This document shows, piece by piece, positions 35,735 to 44,915 of a DNA stretch of 52,744 nucleotides (position 1 is the stretch's first letter; each line of letters begins with the position of its first letter). Both the position numbers and the translations under genes were made by a program. The notes below the pieces were generated by a model. That model ran no database searches, was not told the DNA's origin, and saw only the letters and a list, made by a program, of their open reading frames with translations. The stretch lies in contig CAAFZH010000104.1 in assembly GCA_900767495.1 (NCBI GenBank), positions 1 to 52,744 on the forward strand. The letters run 5' to 3'. The DNA comes from Clostridia bacterium (GTDB taxonomy: Bacteria > Bacillota > Clostridia > Christensenellales > Borkfalkiaceae).

Positions 35735-35961
35735 ATTTTTTGCCTCCAGTAGTCCGCGCGGTTTGCGCCGCTCAAAAATTTGCCTCAAGCCTTCGGCAAA
35801 TTTTTAAGACAAAATTCGGTCGTTTCTCGTTTTTTATTATTTTTAACTCTCTCTGTCGGTTGGTCGGGTTTATTTTTCTACCCGCTTACGGAAAGTCGGG
35901 GGTGCGCGCCCGATACGGCGGGCGGCAAGCCACCCGCGCGTTTTCCCGGGCGTGCACGCCT

Positions 35962-37806
35962 TTATCCGACTTTCCTTATATCGGCGTCCGTAGCCGTCCT
36001 TTTCTCATTTAAGAGAGAGGTCTCGCCCACGAATTGACGATTATACGCCATATCCGCACCCGCTCGGTCGAACAACTCGCCGTGTATTTCTTTATCGTAG
36101 TACGACGCGTAATTCGTCCTGTACGCCCTGTCGTCGTAACCGCAAATCACTTTCGACGGTATATACCGCACCTTTGCGTCAGACAGTTTTAATTCTTTTT
36201 CCTTTACAGCCTTTTTTTCGCTACCCGTTTCGGTATTCCTTGCGTATTTAAATACTTGTTTTCGAAAGCCTATAGAGTAGACGAACTTTTTGAGTTTTGC
36301 CATAAGAACCGCCGCAATGGCGTTTCTGCCGACTTTTTTATCCAAGGTATCGGTAATCGCAACCTTTAAAAAGTCGTAGAGCCAAAGCGCAACCGTCGGC
36401 TTGCAGACCCATTCCTGATACGAGATTATAACGTTGCGCCCCACCACGCGGCGGCAGTCTATATAAATATTATTGAAATCCTGTTCGCAACAAACTACCG
36501 CCCACTTTAAAAAGTGCCTGCCGAGGCGGAACATATCCGATACGTCGTAGTATTCTATTTTTTTGTTGGAGAGTTCGCATTTCAACACCGCGCCTATTTC
36601 GTCGAATAGCACCACCGAATATAGCGGTAATCGCTCTATACCCCGTATATGGTCTAACGTAACCTTTGAGCAGGTTCTGCCCTTCGAGTCCGTCAGACAG
36701 ATATTCGACCACACGCACGGTATGCACGCCCGCATTATGTAGTAGTTGTAACTTGCTTTAATCTCGTGATACTCGAGCAGTTCGTTCTTGTCGTTCCTTT
36801 TGAGTATTTCTTTTTCGCGCGAGTGCCAGGACCAGTAGTCTAATTGTAACTCGCGCCATTTCATCAAACCCATAACGAATACGTCCTCCACCGCTTGCGA
36901 CGTCTTGCCGCAACCGGGGTCGCCCGCCTTGCACTCCACCACGCAACTATTATCCGTCGCTTTGGCGACGTCTTGCGCATAGGACAGCGCGAACAGCGCA
37001 TAAAAAGTTAAGAAGTGAGATAGACAAAACACCATAAAAAACAATTTCAGAGTGAACCCGAAATGCAGTTTTTGCCAGAACGACGGCACGAATCTATACA
37101 GTGCGTACAGTCCGCCGAGATACGCCGCTACGACCGCGCCGACAACGAGGCTTTTTACCGCCGCGCCCCTTTCCCTGTTTTTAATCACAGCCAAAACGAT
37201 TTTATACGCAAGCAAGGAAACGAGCGCGACGAGTATATTCTCGAAAAACGCGTATTTCGCAACGTTCATTATAAGGAATATAACGTCAAGCAGCATAGGC
37301 GCGAGATAATAAAGCATACCGTTCTTGCTTGCCGCCACAGCGTTAAACCACACGTAACGCTTGTTGCCGAGCGGGTTTTTACTCGAAACGACGTCGTCCG
37401 TCTTTTCGCGTATCGAGGTCGAAGTTACTACGTTTTTGCGCCACCGTTTTTGCCGTTCGTTGAGCGCGGTATCGTCAACCTTGCCGTAAAGTAAAGCGTC
37501 TAACTCGTACCGCACCGCGGGCGGGTATTTTAGTTTGCCTTGTGCCTTAACGGCGGTAAAAGCGTTATCTTTCGCCGCCGCGTAGTTTACCGTGAAACGC
37601 CGCTTTGAACGGTCGCGAGTTAAAGTCGTTACCTTTGCGGTAAAACTTTCGCTTTTTACCTCGGCGGTAAACGCGTTTTTCGCCTCGCCCGCGTCCGACG
37701 GTTTTATCGTCGGACGCGCCTTCGAGGTCGCCTTCGAGGTCGCCCTCGAGGTCGGCGGCTCGGTCGGAATATTCGGTTTTTTGGTTTTTATCAAATCGCC
37801 GAGCAT
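35962..37806 (-). CDS. 614-aa membrane-anchored P-loop NTPase: basic N-terminus, 4 TM helices, Zot/pI-like or FtsK-like ATPase domain
   Basis: Walker A KAGDPGCGKT (nt 36901-36930, aa 293-302) and Walker B-like YSVVLFDEIG (aa ~396-405). The downstream RLGRHFLKWAVVCCEQDFNNIYIDCRRVV resembles the hRH.G.Dii.itQ....id..iR block of Zot/pI ATPases and the RxxG.H...atQRP block of FtsK. Four hydrophobic helices span aa ~163-276. The start is coupled to the upstream stop (TAAAATG). Confidence 0.55.
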   Translation of the reverse strand: MLGDLIKTKKPNIPTEPPTSRATSKATSKARPTIKPSDAGEAKNAFTAEVKSESFTAKVTTLTRDRSKRRFTVNYAAAKDNAFTAVKAQGKLKYPPAVRYELDALLYGKVDDTALNERQKRWRKNVVTSTSIREKTDDVVSSKNPLGNKRYVWFNAVAASKNGMLYYLAPMLLDVIFLIMNVAKYAFFENILVALVSLLAYKIVLAVIKNRERGAAVKSLVVGAVVAAYLGGLYALYRFVPSFWQKLHFGFTLKLFFMVFCLSHFLTFYALFALSYAQDVAKATDNSCVVECKAGDPGCGKTSQAVEDVFVMGLMKWRELQLDYWSWHSREKEILKRNDKNELLEYHEIKASYNYYIMRACIPCVWSNICLTDSKGRTCSKVTLDHIRGIERLPLYSVVLFDEIGAVLKCELSNKKIEYYDVSDMFRLGRHFLKWAVVCCEQDFNNIYIDCRRVVGRNVIISYQEWVCKPTVALWLYDFLKVAITDTLDKKVGRNAIAAVLMAKLKKFVYSIGFRKQVFKYARNTETGSEKKAVKEKELKLSDAKVRYIPSKVICGYDDRAYRTNYASYYDKEIHGELFDRAGADMAYNRQFVGETSLLNEKRTATDADIRKVG

Positions 37807-37807
37807 T

Positions 37808-40801
37808 TTATCCTTTTATAATTATAACGTACCCGTAAATAAACGCCACGATAAGCAGTATCACCGTTATGCCGAGCCAAATCCACGTAAACCAGGATTT
37901 ACTTGAAAGCAAACCCGCTTTACTCGCTATTCCGGTTAAAAGCAAGTACATTATCGTACCGATAACGACCCAAAAAACGTACTGCACTTTTTTGTTCCCG
38001 GTTAAGCCGCTGACTTTATCCTCGAACCAGTTTTTCACCGCCGGATCTTCGTCCTCGCGGCTCGTCGCGCCGTTACGCCCGAACCAGGGCATATCCGTGG
38101 TATTATCCACGTACATATAGTACGAGAACACCTGCGAATTATCGTCGTTTAACAGTTCGCAAAAAGATAACAGCGGATAAGTCGCGACTTTTATAAATAC
38201 GTTGTTTGTATCGTTGAAAACGTTACTCAACTTTTTATATAAGTAACTGCTCGTTACTTTTGCCTGCGTATCCGAAAAAACGGTTATCGTTCCCGCGCCT
38301 GACGTTTTGGCGAAAATATAATTAAGGTCGCTTACTTTTTCCTCGAATACCGCGCAAGTGAAATACCCGTACAGATCCGACGGCGCAACTTCATCGGAAT
38401 ATTTAAAGTATTGCCGATTTTCGCGGTTGAGCATAAGAATAGACCAGTTCGTCCCTATATTATCGACCCATTGCTTATACGTAGTCAAAGGCACTTGCAC
38501 CTCTTTAGCGCGCCCGGAATCGTCCATAGTCTTAAGCGAAACGAAAGTATACTTTAAATTTATTGTAAAGGTAGCCTTGTTATCGAAGGCAACGTCTACT
38601 TTCTCCACTCGGCTCGCAAGCACGTTCATATTGCCGCTTTCGCGACCCAGAAGTTCCGCAATCTGCTTTTCGGTGATACTCTTTATATCCGCCACTTTGG
38701 AAACGCTTAACAAACCGTCGTAAGTGCAACGCCGCGCGAACGGCGCGCTTTCCTGCAAAGTTCCCAGCGTTTCGAGGTAGTTTATAACCACGTGCCAGGA
38801 GTCCGTAAGCGCGTAATGCACGGTAATTATTCCGTCTTGTTGCGCCGCGACTTTCGTAGGCGAAAACTCAAAGCGTTGTTCGAGCGGATAGTATTTATCG
38901 CCCGTAACCCTTGCAAACTCCGACTCGATATAGTCTATCCTGTAATTCGTCGGCACGGTTATATCGAAGTAGTCGCCTCGGCAACTCACCTCGCCGTTCA
39001 AATAGTTTTTAAAATACCCTTTGCCGCTTAAATCGTCCACGATATAAAAGACTGTGTCGTGTTCGTACTTCATTACGAGGTTTACCCTCGTTTCGTCGCC
39101 AGTGTCCCAGTCGAACGCGCTGCCGACGGGTTTATAATAATCGACGTCGCCTAAAGCCGCGACCTCGAGCGCGGGATAAATATATTCGTTGCCGAGTTTC
39201 GCCATTACGTTATCAAAACTCGAATACCGTCCGCGAATTTGTATGCCCCAGTCTTTTTCTATAAACGCCGTTTTGTCCTGCATTGAAAAATTCTTGCCGT
39301 CGTATACGAGCGCTTTATATTTTAGATACAAATCTAATTGAGTATCTTCCTCAATCTCCGCAATGGCAAGAACTTTTAAAGTCGCAAGCGCGGACTCCTC
39401 GCTGTTTTTAAAAGTTACAATAAGGTTTCTCGCCTCGTCGCTTATCTCTACGCTCGTTATGCCGGACTTTTCGCCGCCAACCGAGAAATCGCTCGCTTTA
39501 AGCGTTACAGCCCAATGGCAGTTGTTGGACAAGTACCCTTCTATCGTCGAGAAGTCGAAAACGAGTTGAGTTTTTTCCGCCCCGGGAACGACCGAAACCG
39601 TGTACAAATACATAGTAAGGTTGTCCTCGTTCACGCTCGCGTTGTTGGTGAGTTTTATAAAAAAGTCCTTATAGTAAAACGGCGAATAGTTTATGCTTAT
39701 AGTTCCCGTTTGAGAATCAAGGTTATACGAATAGTCGCAGGAAAGCGCCTGCATTACTATCCGCTCCGACAAGTTCCGTTCTTCGCCGTTTATTAAGCCG
39801 TTACTGTCTATGAAGTTTACGTTAAAGTCGGCAAGGCTCTCGAAGTAGTAGTCCGTTTGCGCCACCGTCTTTTTCTTGATACGCGCCGCGTACATATACT
39901 CTTCTACTTTCGCCGAGTTTAAAAAAATGCTTTTAGGTACGGTAAAAGTCGCCGTTTTTTCAACGTATTCGCCGTAATCTTTCATAGTCTTATATTTGAC
40001 GGTGATAGGCATATTGTCTTTAACGTCGGTAATGCCTAAAACGCGGTAATACGAATTCACTATGGAGTCGCCGCTGTTCTCGTTACATTCCTTCAGCCTT
40101 TGCTCGCAGTCTTTTTTATAGTTGTAAGCAAAGCAGTCCAGAGTTCCAAGTTTTGAAATGCTATAAGTTACCTTTCCCGCCTTATGCGGATAATAAGTGT
40201 AACGCTCGGCTTTTATACAAATAATAGCCGCTTGAAAATAGTAGGTTTTCTCGTAGGTAGACTCCCATAAATTTGTTTTAAACGGTTTAACCACCCCGAA
40301 ACTCATAGCCAGTTTATTTCCGAAAGCCCTTGCCCAGTTACCGTCGGCAATCTCTTGAAAAGTGAACGGGCAGGAGTATCTGAAATCGGTTTGCTCGGTC
40401 TTATCGGAGGTGTTGCCTATTATTATGTAGTCCTCGCCGTATTTCGTTTTGCGGGCGGTTAAACTCGTAGTGCTTACGTCCGAAAACGAAGATCTGTCGC
40501 CCGAAACTATAATTGCGGGTCTATAATAAGTCGCACTCTCCATTGCGTCCCCGGACGAGTTGGGGTAACTCTCGTAGGTTTTATCTTGTACTATCGTGGT
40601 AACGTCGTCCTGTCCCAACTCTATTCTGAACGTTCCGTCCGTATCGGAAGAAAAAGGGTAGTACGCAACGGAACTTATCCCTAACGAAGAACTGCCGTCA
40701 GCCTCCGCGCGGAAACTTGCGCCGAGGCTGACGGCTATCGCCGTTGCTATCATTAAACCTATTATAAGGCATAATCGCCTTATGCTTAATCTTTTATACA
40801 T
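37808..40801 (-). CDS. 997-aa exported protein with signal peptide and two C-terminal TM helices (candidate adsorption or spike protein)
   Basis: N-terminus MYKRLSIRRLCLIIGLMIATAIAVSLGASFRAEA. C-terminus VQYVFWVVIGTIMYLLLTGIA..FTWIWLGITVILLIVAFIYGYVIIIKG. I recognise no known domain in the ~900-aa ectodomain. Confidence 0.6.
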   Translation of the reverse strand: MYKRLSIRRLCLIIGLMIATAIAVSLGASFRAEADGSSSLGISSVAYYPFSSDTDGTFRIELGQDDVTTIVQDKTYESYPNSSGDAMESATYYRPAIIVSGDRSSFSDVSTTSLTARKTKYGEDYIIIGNTSDKTEQTDFRYSCPFTFQEIADGNWARAFGNKLAMSFGVVKPFKTNLWESTYEKTYYFQAAIICIKAERYTYYPHKAGKVTYSISKLGTLDCFAYNYKKDCEQRLKECNENSGDSIVNSYYRVLGITDVKDNMPITVKYKTMKDYGEYVEKTATFTVPKSIFLNSAKVEEYMYAARIKKKTVAQTDYYFESLADFNVNFIDSNGLINGEERNLSERIVMQALSCDYSYNLDSQTGTISINYSPFYYKDFFIKLTNNASVNEDNLTMYLYTVSVVPGAEKTQLVFDFSTIEGYLSNNCHWAVTLKASDFSVGGEKSGITSVEISDEARNLIVTFKNSEESALATLKVLAIAEIEEDTQLDLYLKYKALVYDGKNFSMQDKTAFIEKDWGIQIRGRYSSFDNVMAKLGNEYIYPALEVAALGDVDYYKPVGSAFDWDTGDETRVNLVMKYEHDTVFYIVDDLSGKGYFKNYLNGEVSCRGDYFDITVPTNYRIDYIESEFARVTGDKYYPLEQRFEFSPTKVAAQQDGIITVHYALTDSWHVVINYLETLGTLQESAPFARRCTYDGLLSVSKVADIKSITEKQIAELLGRESGNMNVLASRVEKVDVAFDNKATFTINLKYTFVSLKTMDDSGRAKEVQVPLTTYKQWVDNIGTNWSILMLNRENRQYFKYSDEVAPSDLYGYFTCAVFEEKVSDLNYIFAKTSGAGTITVFSDTQAKVTSSYLYKKLSNVFNDTNNVFIKVATYPLLSFCELLNDDNSQVFSYYMYVDNTTDMPWFGRNGATSREDEDPAVKNWFEDKVSGLTGNKKVQYVFWVVIGTIMYLLLTGIASKAGLLSSKSWFTWIWLGITVILLIVAFIYGYVIIIKG

Positions 40802-40812
40802 TTTTACACCGC

Positions 40813-41808
40813 TTAAAAAGTCAATTCGCTATTATCCAGAGCGACGGAGTTTACGGGGATATATACCTTCGTAGGATTAAACCTGATAGGTATCCAACGC
40901 GTTTCGCCCGTAACGAGCGTTTGATTGTTGTCGTCCACAACGTTTATCTTAACGCCGAATTTCAAAATCGAACTGCTTGAGTGATTGCGAATCCAGTTAA
41001 GCGCGGTAACTTTATCCTCTTCGCTCGTTATTCCGAGAAAACCCATAACCGTCCAGTATGCGTCGGCGCGGGTAAACTCGAAATTCGCGTTAAGTCCCGT
41101 ATCGTTCTTGAAAGTTTCAAAGTCGTCGCCTTGCGCTATCGTAAACGACAAGCCGAGTCTGTTTTGCGTGCCTGTACTGCGCTTTATATCGTAGGTAAAA
41201 ATAGTTTCGTTTACGCAATCGTTATCTAAAACTACGTAAAGGTCGTTTAAAAGGTCTATCGCTCCGCCCTGCGAAGACGTCGCCGTCGCGCTTAATACGC
41301 GGTAATCGTAATTAGCGATACAAGTCGCCGTTTTACTGCGGTCGGCAAGCGAAGTTACGGTTATTTTAATTTGTTCGCCAAAGTCTTGCTTGCACGAAAC
41401 AACCGCTTTAAGCGAGTCGCCCTCTACGGGCGTTACCGTAAGATAGTCCGATACGGCTTTATCGTTCGCCCAGGTCGAGGCAGGGTTTACGAACGCAACC
41501 GTCCAGGCGACGTCTTTCACGGTGGCGTTGCTCGGCGTAATCGTCGCCTGCAAGTTTACCGTTTGCGCCGCACTTGCGGTAAGCGCGGCAGAACGAGCCG
41601 TAAAAGTTAATTTTTTAGGCATTGAGTAAAATTTACCCTCGGACAAAAGTTTTTGTTTGGTGTCGCCGTCGGTAACGCCGTTATAAAAACCCGTCAGCGC
41701 GCCGACGTTATCGTTTGCGCCGTCCGTGTCGGTTTTTTTGCAACCCGTTGCCGCAAGCGTAAGTATTGCCGTTATTATTGCCGTCGCTATAATAAATCTC
41801 TTTTTCAT
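40813..41808 (-). CDS. lipoprotein with a Big_2-like Ig domain
   Basis: Start at ATG 41808 (MKKRFIIATAIITAILTLAATGCKK, with lipobox) and a GAGGTGG RBS. Big_2-like segment VNLQATITPSNATVKDVAWTV. Confidence 0.6.
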   Translation of the reverse strand: MKKRFIIATAIITAILTLAATGCKKTDTDGANDNVGALTGFYNGVTDGDTKQKLLSEGKFYSMPKKLTFTARSAALTASAAQTVNLQATITPSNATVKDVAWTVAFVNPASTWANDKAVSDYLTVTPVEGDSLKAVVSCKQDFGEQIKITVTSLADRSKTATCIANYDYRVLSATATSSQGGAIDLLNDLYVVLDNDCVNETIFTYDIKRSTGTQNRLGLSFTIAQGDDFETFKNDTGLNANFEFTRADAYWTVMGFLGITSEEDKVTALNWIRNHSSSSILKFGVKINVVDDNNQTLVTGETRWIPIRFNPTKVYIPVNSVALDNSELTF

Positions 41809-41819
41809 TTTGCCACCTC

Positions 41820-42569
41820 TTAATAGTTGTGAGTGTTGTGAACTACATAATCTACCCACAAAGTTATATCGCCTACCGTATCTTCCGGAATAGTTCCGTC
41901 AAACTCTTTGGTCTTCTCTCTGTCCCAGTAAATACCTAAAAGTTGTTGTCCTCTATCGCCTATTCCGTTGCATTTTGAACTACACGGAAAAACTCCTAAA
42001 ACTATCGTTGCTTTCGGCTTGTTCGCTATCGTATAACTTAACGGATAATACGCGCCCTCTTTCTCGAACATTCCGCTCCTGCAAACGCTGCTCATCATAT
42101 CTATTTCGGCTACGTATTTACTTCCTATACTCATATAAGTTATTTTATAAGTCTTATACCCGACCTCGACCGTCAGCGTTATATCCGCGCTTACGTTTTC
42201 TATTTTATATTGATTATTATTCGCCGTTAAGATCTCGTCGCCGTTTTTCACAGTCAACTCGTAGCCTTCGACGGGAACTATATTCACAAGCGCGGTATCG
42301 CCTTTTTTAACGCTCATATCTCCGCTTACCGTGTAGACGTCGTTACTCGGCACGGTTATATTAAATAACTCGTCCGCACTGCTCGAACTGTCCGACGTCG
42401 TATCTGAAGTTCCGCCCGAAGAACTATCCGAAGGTCTGCTATAACTGCCACCACCCGAACCGCCGCTACTCGTGCCGCAACTTCTCGGCGCGTACTGTAC
42501 GGCAAGCCAGGTTGCCGCTATTACCAAAATTATAAGTACAAGTATACCTATTCCGCTGTTTTTTCTCAT
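41820..42569 (-). CDS. membrane-anchored protein: TM, Ser/Gly linker, Ig-like region, Listeria-Bacteroides (InlB B-repeat-like) domain
   Basis: TM GIGILVLIILVIAATWLAV; linker SSGGSGGGSYSRPSDSSSGGTSDTTSDSSSS; C-terminus YKITYMS..LLGIYWDREKTKEFDGTIPEDTVGDITLWVDY. Confidence 0.55.
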   Translation of the reverse strand: MRKNSGIGILVLIILVIAATWLAVQYAPRSCGTSSGGSGGGSYSRPSDSSSGGTSDTTSDSSSSADELFNITVPSNDVYTVSGDMSVKKGDTALVNIVPVEGYELTVKNGDEILTANNNQYKIENVSADITLTVEVGYKTYKITYMSIGSKYVAEIDMMSSVCRSGMFEKEGAYYPLSYTIANKPKATIVLGVFPCSSKCNGIGDRGQQLLGIYWDREKTKEFDGTIPEDTVGDITLWVDYVVHNTHNY

Positions 42570-42570
42570 T

Positions 42571-43002
42571 TTAATACCTATCCGTCCAATTTCTTTTTAT
42601 CTTAATATATATAGTAACGTCGCCCGTCTGTCGGCTCGTTATAACGCCGTCAAACGGCAAAGTACATTCTTCGTTTTTGAAAAATCCTATAACGGTGTAG
42701 TCGTCGATATACTTTTCGTCGCGACATTTATCTATATACACCGTTTCGCCGCCCCGATAACTCGTCGGGTAGTTGCCGCCCTCGATAAGCATATAATTTA
42801 AATCTTTAAGCAAATCGCCGCGCTTGTCCCCGCAAACCGTTACGTAGTTTATTTTGTACGTTTCGCCGAGCGTCGAACTATCGTCGCTTATCTTGTCTAC
42901 GGTGGAATTAGTTCCCGAAGGCGCGTCGCAACCGAGCGTAAGCGCGCCGAAACACGCTATCATTACCGCGCCCGTTATTACCGCTATTATTTTCTTTAAC
43001 AT
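42571..43002 (-). CDS. lipoprotein with a single Listeria-Bacteroides repeat-like domain (paralogue 2)
   Basis: The start ATG at 43002 overlaps the upstream stop (TAATG). Lipobox ALTLGCD. Domain YKINYVTV..YTVIGFFKNEECTLPFDGVITSRQTGDVTIYIKI. Confidence 0.55.
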   Translation of the reverse strand: MLKKIIAVITGAVMIACFGALTLGCDAPSGTNSTVDKISDDSSTLGETYKINYVTVCGDKRGDLLKDLNYMLIEGGNYPTSYRGGETVYIDKCRDEKYIDDYTVIGFFKNEECTLPFDGVITSRQTGDVTIYIKIKRNWTDRY

Positions 43003-43481
43003 TACTCTTCTCCCCAACCGTCGTTCCACTCGTCGCGCCATTCTATGCAGTTCTCGTAGTAGTCCGACTCTTGCTTTAATTCCAACTTGATATATACCGT
43101 CTTGTCGGCGTTCTTGTTTATTATTCCGTCAAACGGCAAAGTACAATCTTCGTCGGAGTAATACCCTAAAAACGAATAAACCGTATCGCCGACTTTTACT
43201 TCGCTTAAAAGCGGATCTATTATAGTCAGATCGTCGGAATTGAAATTCGGCGGATAATTACCGCTCTTTTTCATTAAAAACGGATAATCTTTAACTAAAT
43301 CGCTTTTTTCGCGCCCCGCCACTACGTACTTTATTTCATAAACGCCGCGTTGCTCTATAGTCGTGTCGTTTTTGGTGGACGGCGAAATAAAATCGTGTAC
43401 TTCCGGTATAAAGGTGTACGAAAGGTACGCGCCGCATATTACCAACACGAGGACGAGCAACGCCCCTAATACGTTTTTCAT
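43002..43481 (-). CDS. N-terminally anchored protein with a single Listeria-Bacteroides repeat-like domain (paralogue 3)
   Basis: TM LGALLVLVLVICGAYLSY. Domain YEIKYVVAG..YSFLGYYSDEDCTLPFDGIINKNADKTVYIKL. AAGGAGA RBS. Confidence 0.55.
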   Translation of the reverse strand: MKNVLGALLVLVLVICGAYLSYTFIPEVHDFISPSTKNDTTIEQRGVYEIKYVVAGREKSDLVKDYPFLMKKSGNYPPNFNSDDLTIIDPLLSEVKVGDTVYSFLGYYSDEDCTLPFDGIINKNADKTVYIKLELKQESDYYENCIEWRDEWNDGWGEE

Positions 43482-43542
43482 TTAATTCGTCTCCTTGTTT
43501 TTTTGCCCGACGGAACGACGGTCGTTCCGTCGGACCGTCGAA

Positions 43543-43980
43543 TTACGCTATAATTTTGAAAGTGTATTCGCCGAGTTTTTGCTTGTTTTCGCCCTCGTAA
43601 GCGTAAAACGCTATTACGTGGGTAGCCGCTTTGAGTTCGGCAAGCGAGATAACTTCCGCGCCCGTGTCGATATAGTTTTTGCCGTTTTTGCGGTCTGCAT
43701 CGGACGACTCGCCCGTTCTTACGCTCGTCGCAACTTCCGCACCGTTGTCTATACTGTACTTAATGGCGGTATACTTTTTATCCGAGAACGCTTTAATTCT
43801 GAACACGAGATCGTCGCCCTCTTTGTATTCGTCCTCGAGGTACATAACGCCGCCGAATTTAACGTCGCCCGCAGTGTCTACCTTGTTCGCCTTAAGCGCG
43901 CGTACTCCGAATACCGCGCCGAGTGTCGCCGCTACGGTCAGCAATACCGCTACGACGACGAGCCAAATTTTCTTTTTCAT
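43543..43980 (-). CDS. N-terminally anchored 145-aa protein with an Ig-like ectodomain
   Basis: MKKKIWLVVVAVLLTVAATLGAVFG, then a beta-rich sequence. GAAGGAG RBS. Confidence 0.5.
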   Translation of the reverse strand: MKKKIWLVVVAVLLTVAATLGAVFGVRALKANKVDTAGDVKFGGVMYLEDEYKEGDDLVFRIKAFSDKKYTAIKYSIDNGAEVATSVRTGESSDADRKNGKNYIDTGAEVISLAELKAATHVIAFYAYEGENKQKLGEYTFKIIA

Positions 43981-44160
43981 ACTTTGCTCCTTCGCCCTCT
44001 CCCGGGCTTTTCTTTATTTAACGTAGGCTTTTAGCCTTTACGCCCTTATACTACGCTATCTTCTTTATTTGGTAAGTGAATCTCTCGCGCAATAGGTGAG
44101 AGTAAATCTCTATCGCTTTGGCAAATTCGTCAAGGTTACGCCGCCGCGCCCGGTTCGTCG

Positions 44161-44295
44161 TTACTCCGTCGAGCCTGAATTCGATTTCGTACATTCTTTT
44201 ACAACCTCTATAGTCGGTTTCTCGTATTCTTTCTTCTTGATAAGTTTTGCTCGGGCAAACACCGTTCTCGCCCTGCGCCTCGTTGCTTTGTTCAT
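44161..44295 (-). CDS. 44-aa highly basic protein
   Basis: Strong RBS AAGAGGAGAG 5 nt before the ATG at 44295. Translation MNKATRRRARTVFARAKLIKKKEYEKPTIEVVKECTKSNSGSTE. The longer 68-aa reading in the track lacks an RBS. Confidence 0.4.
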   Translation of the reverse strand: MNKATRRRARTVFARAKLIKKKEYEKPTIEVVKECTKSNSGSTE

Positions 44296-44379
44296 TTTAT
44301 CTCTCCTCTTCCCGTTTTGTCGCGCCGCCGTCCCCACGGCGGCGCGGCTTACGGAGAAAAATGCCATACGATTGTATAA

Positions 44380-44562
44380 TCAATAATAGTTTTTCGCTTT
44401 CCTGCGTCCGCTCGCTCGCGACGCTTTACTTGCGTTGTCGTATTCCCGCAAACTCGTTTTCAGCGTTTCGAGTTCGGTTTTAAAATCTTCGTCCGTGTGC
44501 TTGTAATTACAAAGCAACCTACAAACCCGAAGTAATTCGGCTAATGCGTCTTTTTTATCCAT
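44380..44562 (-). CDS. 60-aa hypothetical helical protein
   Basis: The ATG at 44562 follows the upstream stop (TGATTATG), suggesting coupled translation. Sequence MDKKDALAELLRVCRLL... Confidence 0.4.
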   Translation of the reverse strand: MDKKDALAELLRVCRLLCNYKHTDEDFKTELETLKTSLREYDNASKASRASGRRKAKNYY

Positions 44563-44564
44563 AA

Positions 44565-44915
44565 TCAAAACTCTATATCTTCGATATTGTCTACGAGAGA
44601 ATTAAGTTCGTCTTGCGTGTATTCTCTTTGCCGAAAAGCGTCTACCGTACCTTGTTTATGAGTTACCTCTATTTCAATTTTCGGCATTGAACCTTCGGCA
44701 GTGTCGCGCCAACGGTGTTGACGGAGCATATACGAAAAGTGTTTAATATCCCAAGTATACCTATAACCGCTTTTTAAATCTGCCAAGACAACCTTATTTC
44801 CCCTATTTTCAGTACAAATAAGCGTTCTGTCTTTTCCTTTGACTGTCAAATAGTAAGTACAACCGGGAACGCCGGGGATAACGGCAAAACTCGTTTTTCT
44901 CGCTGCGTTAGCCAT
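44565..44915 (-). CDS. 116-aa hypothetical protein
   Basis: GGAGGTG RBS. The start overlaps the upstream gene by 8 nt. No recognisable domain. Confidence 0.5.
   Translation of the reverse strand: MANAARKTSFAVIPGVPGCTYYLTVKGKDRTLICTENRGNKVVLADLKSGYRYTWDIKHFSYMLRQHRWRDTAEGSMPKIEIEVTHKQGTVDAFRQREYTQDELNSLVDNIEDIEF

Noticed and set aside
43507-43533. Perfect hairpin CCGACGGAACGA-CGG-TCGTTCCGTCGG between two genes of the export operon, considered as an internal terminator.
   Set aside because: On the transcribed (minus) strand it is followed by an A-run, not a U-run. It is more likely an mRNA stability or processing element than a terminator, and the evidence is too thin for any specific role.
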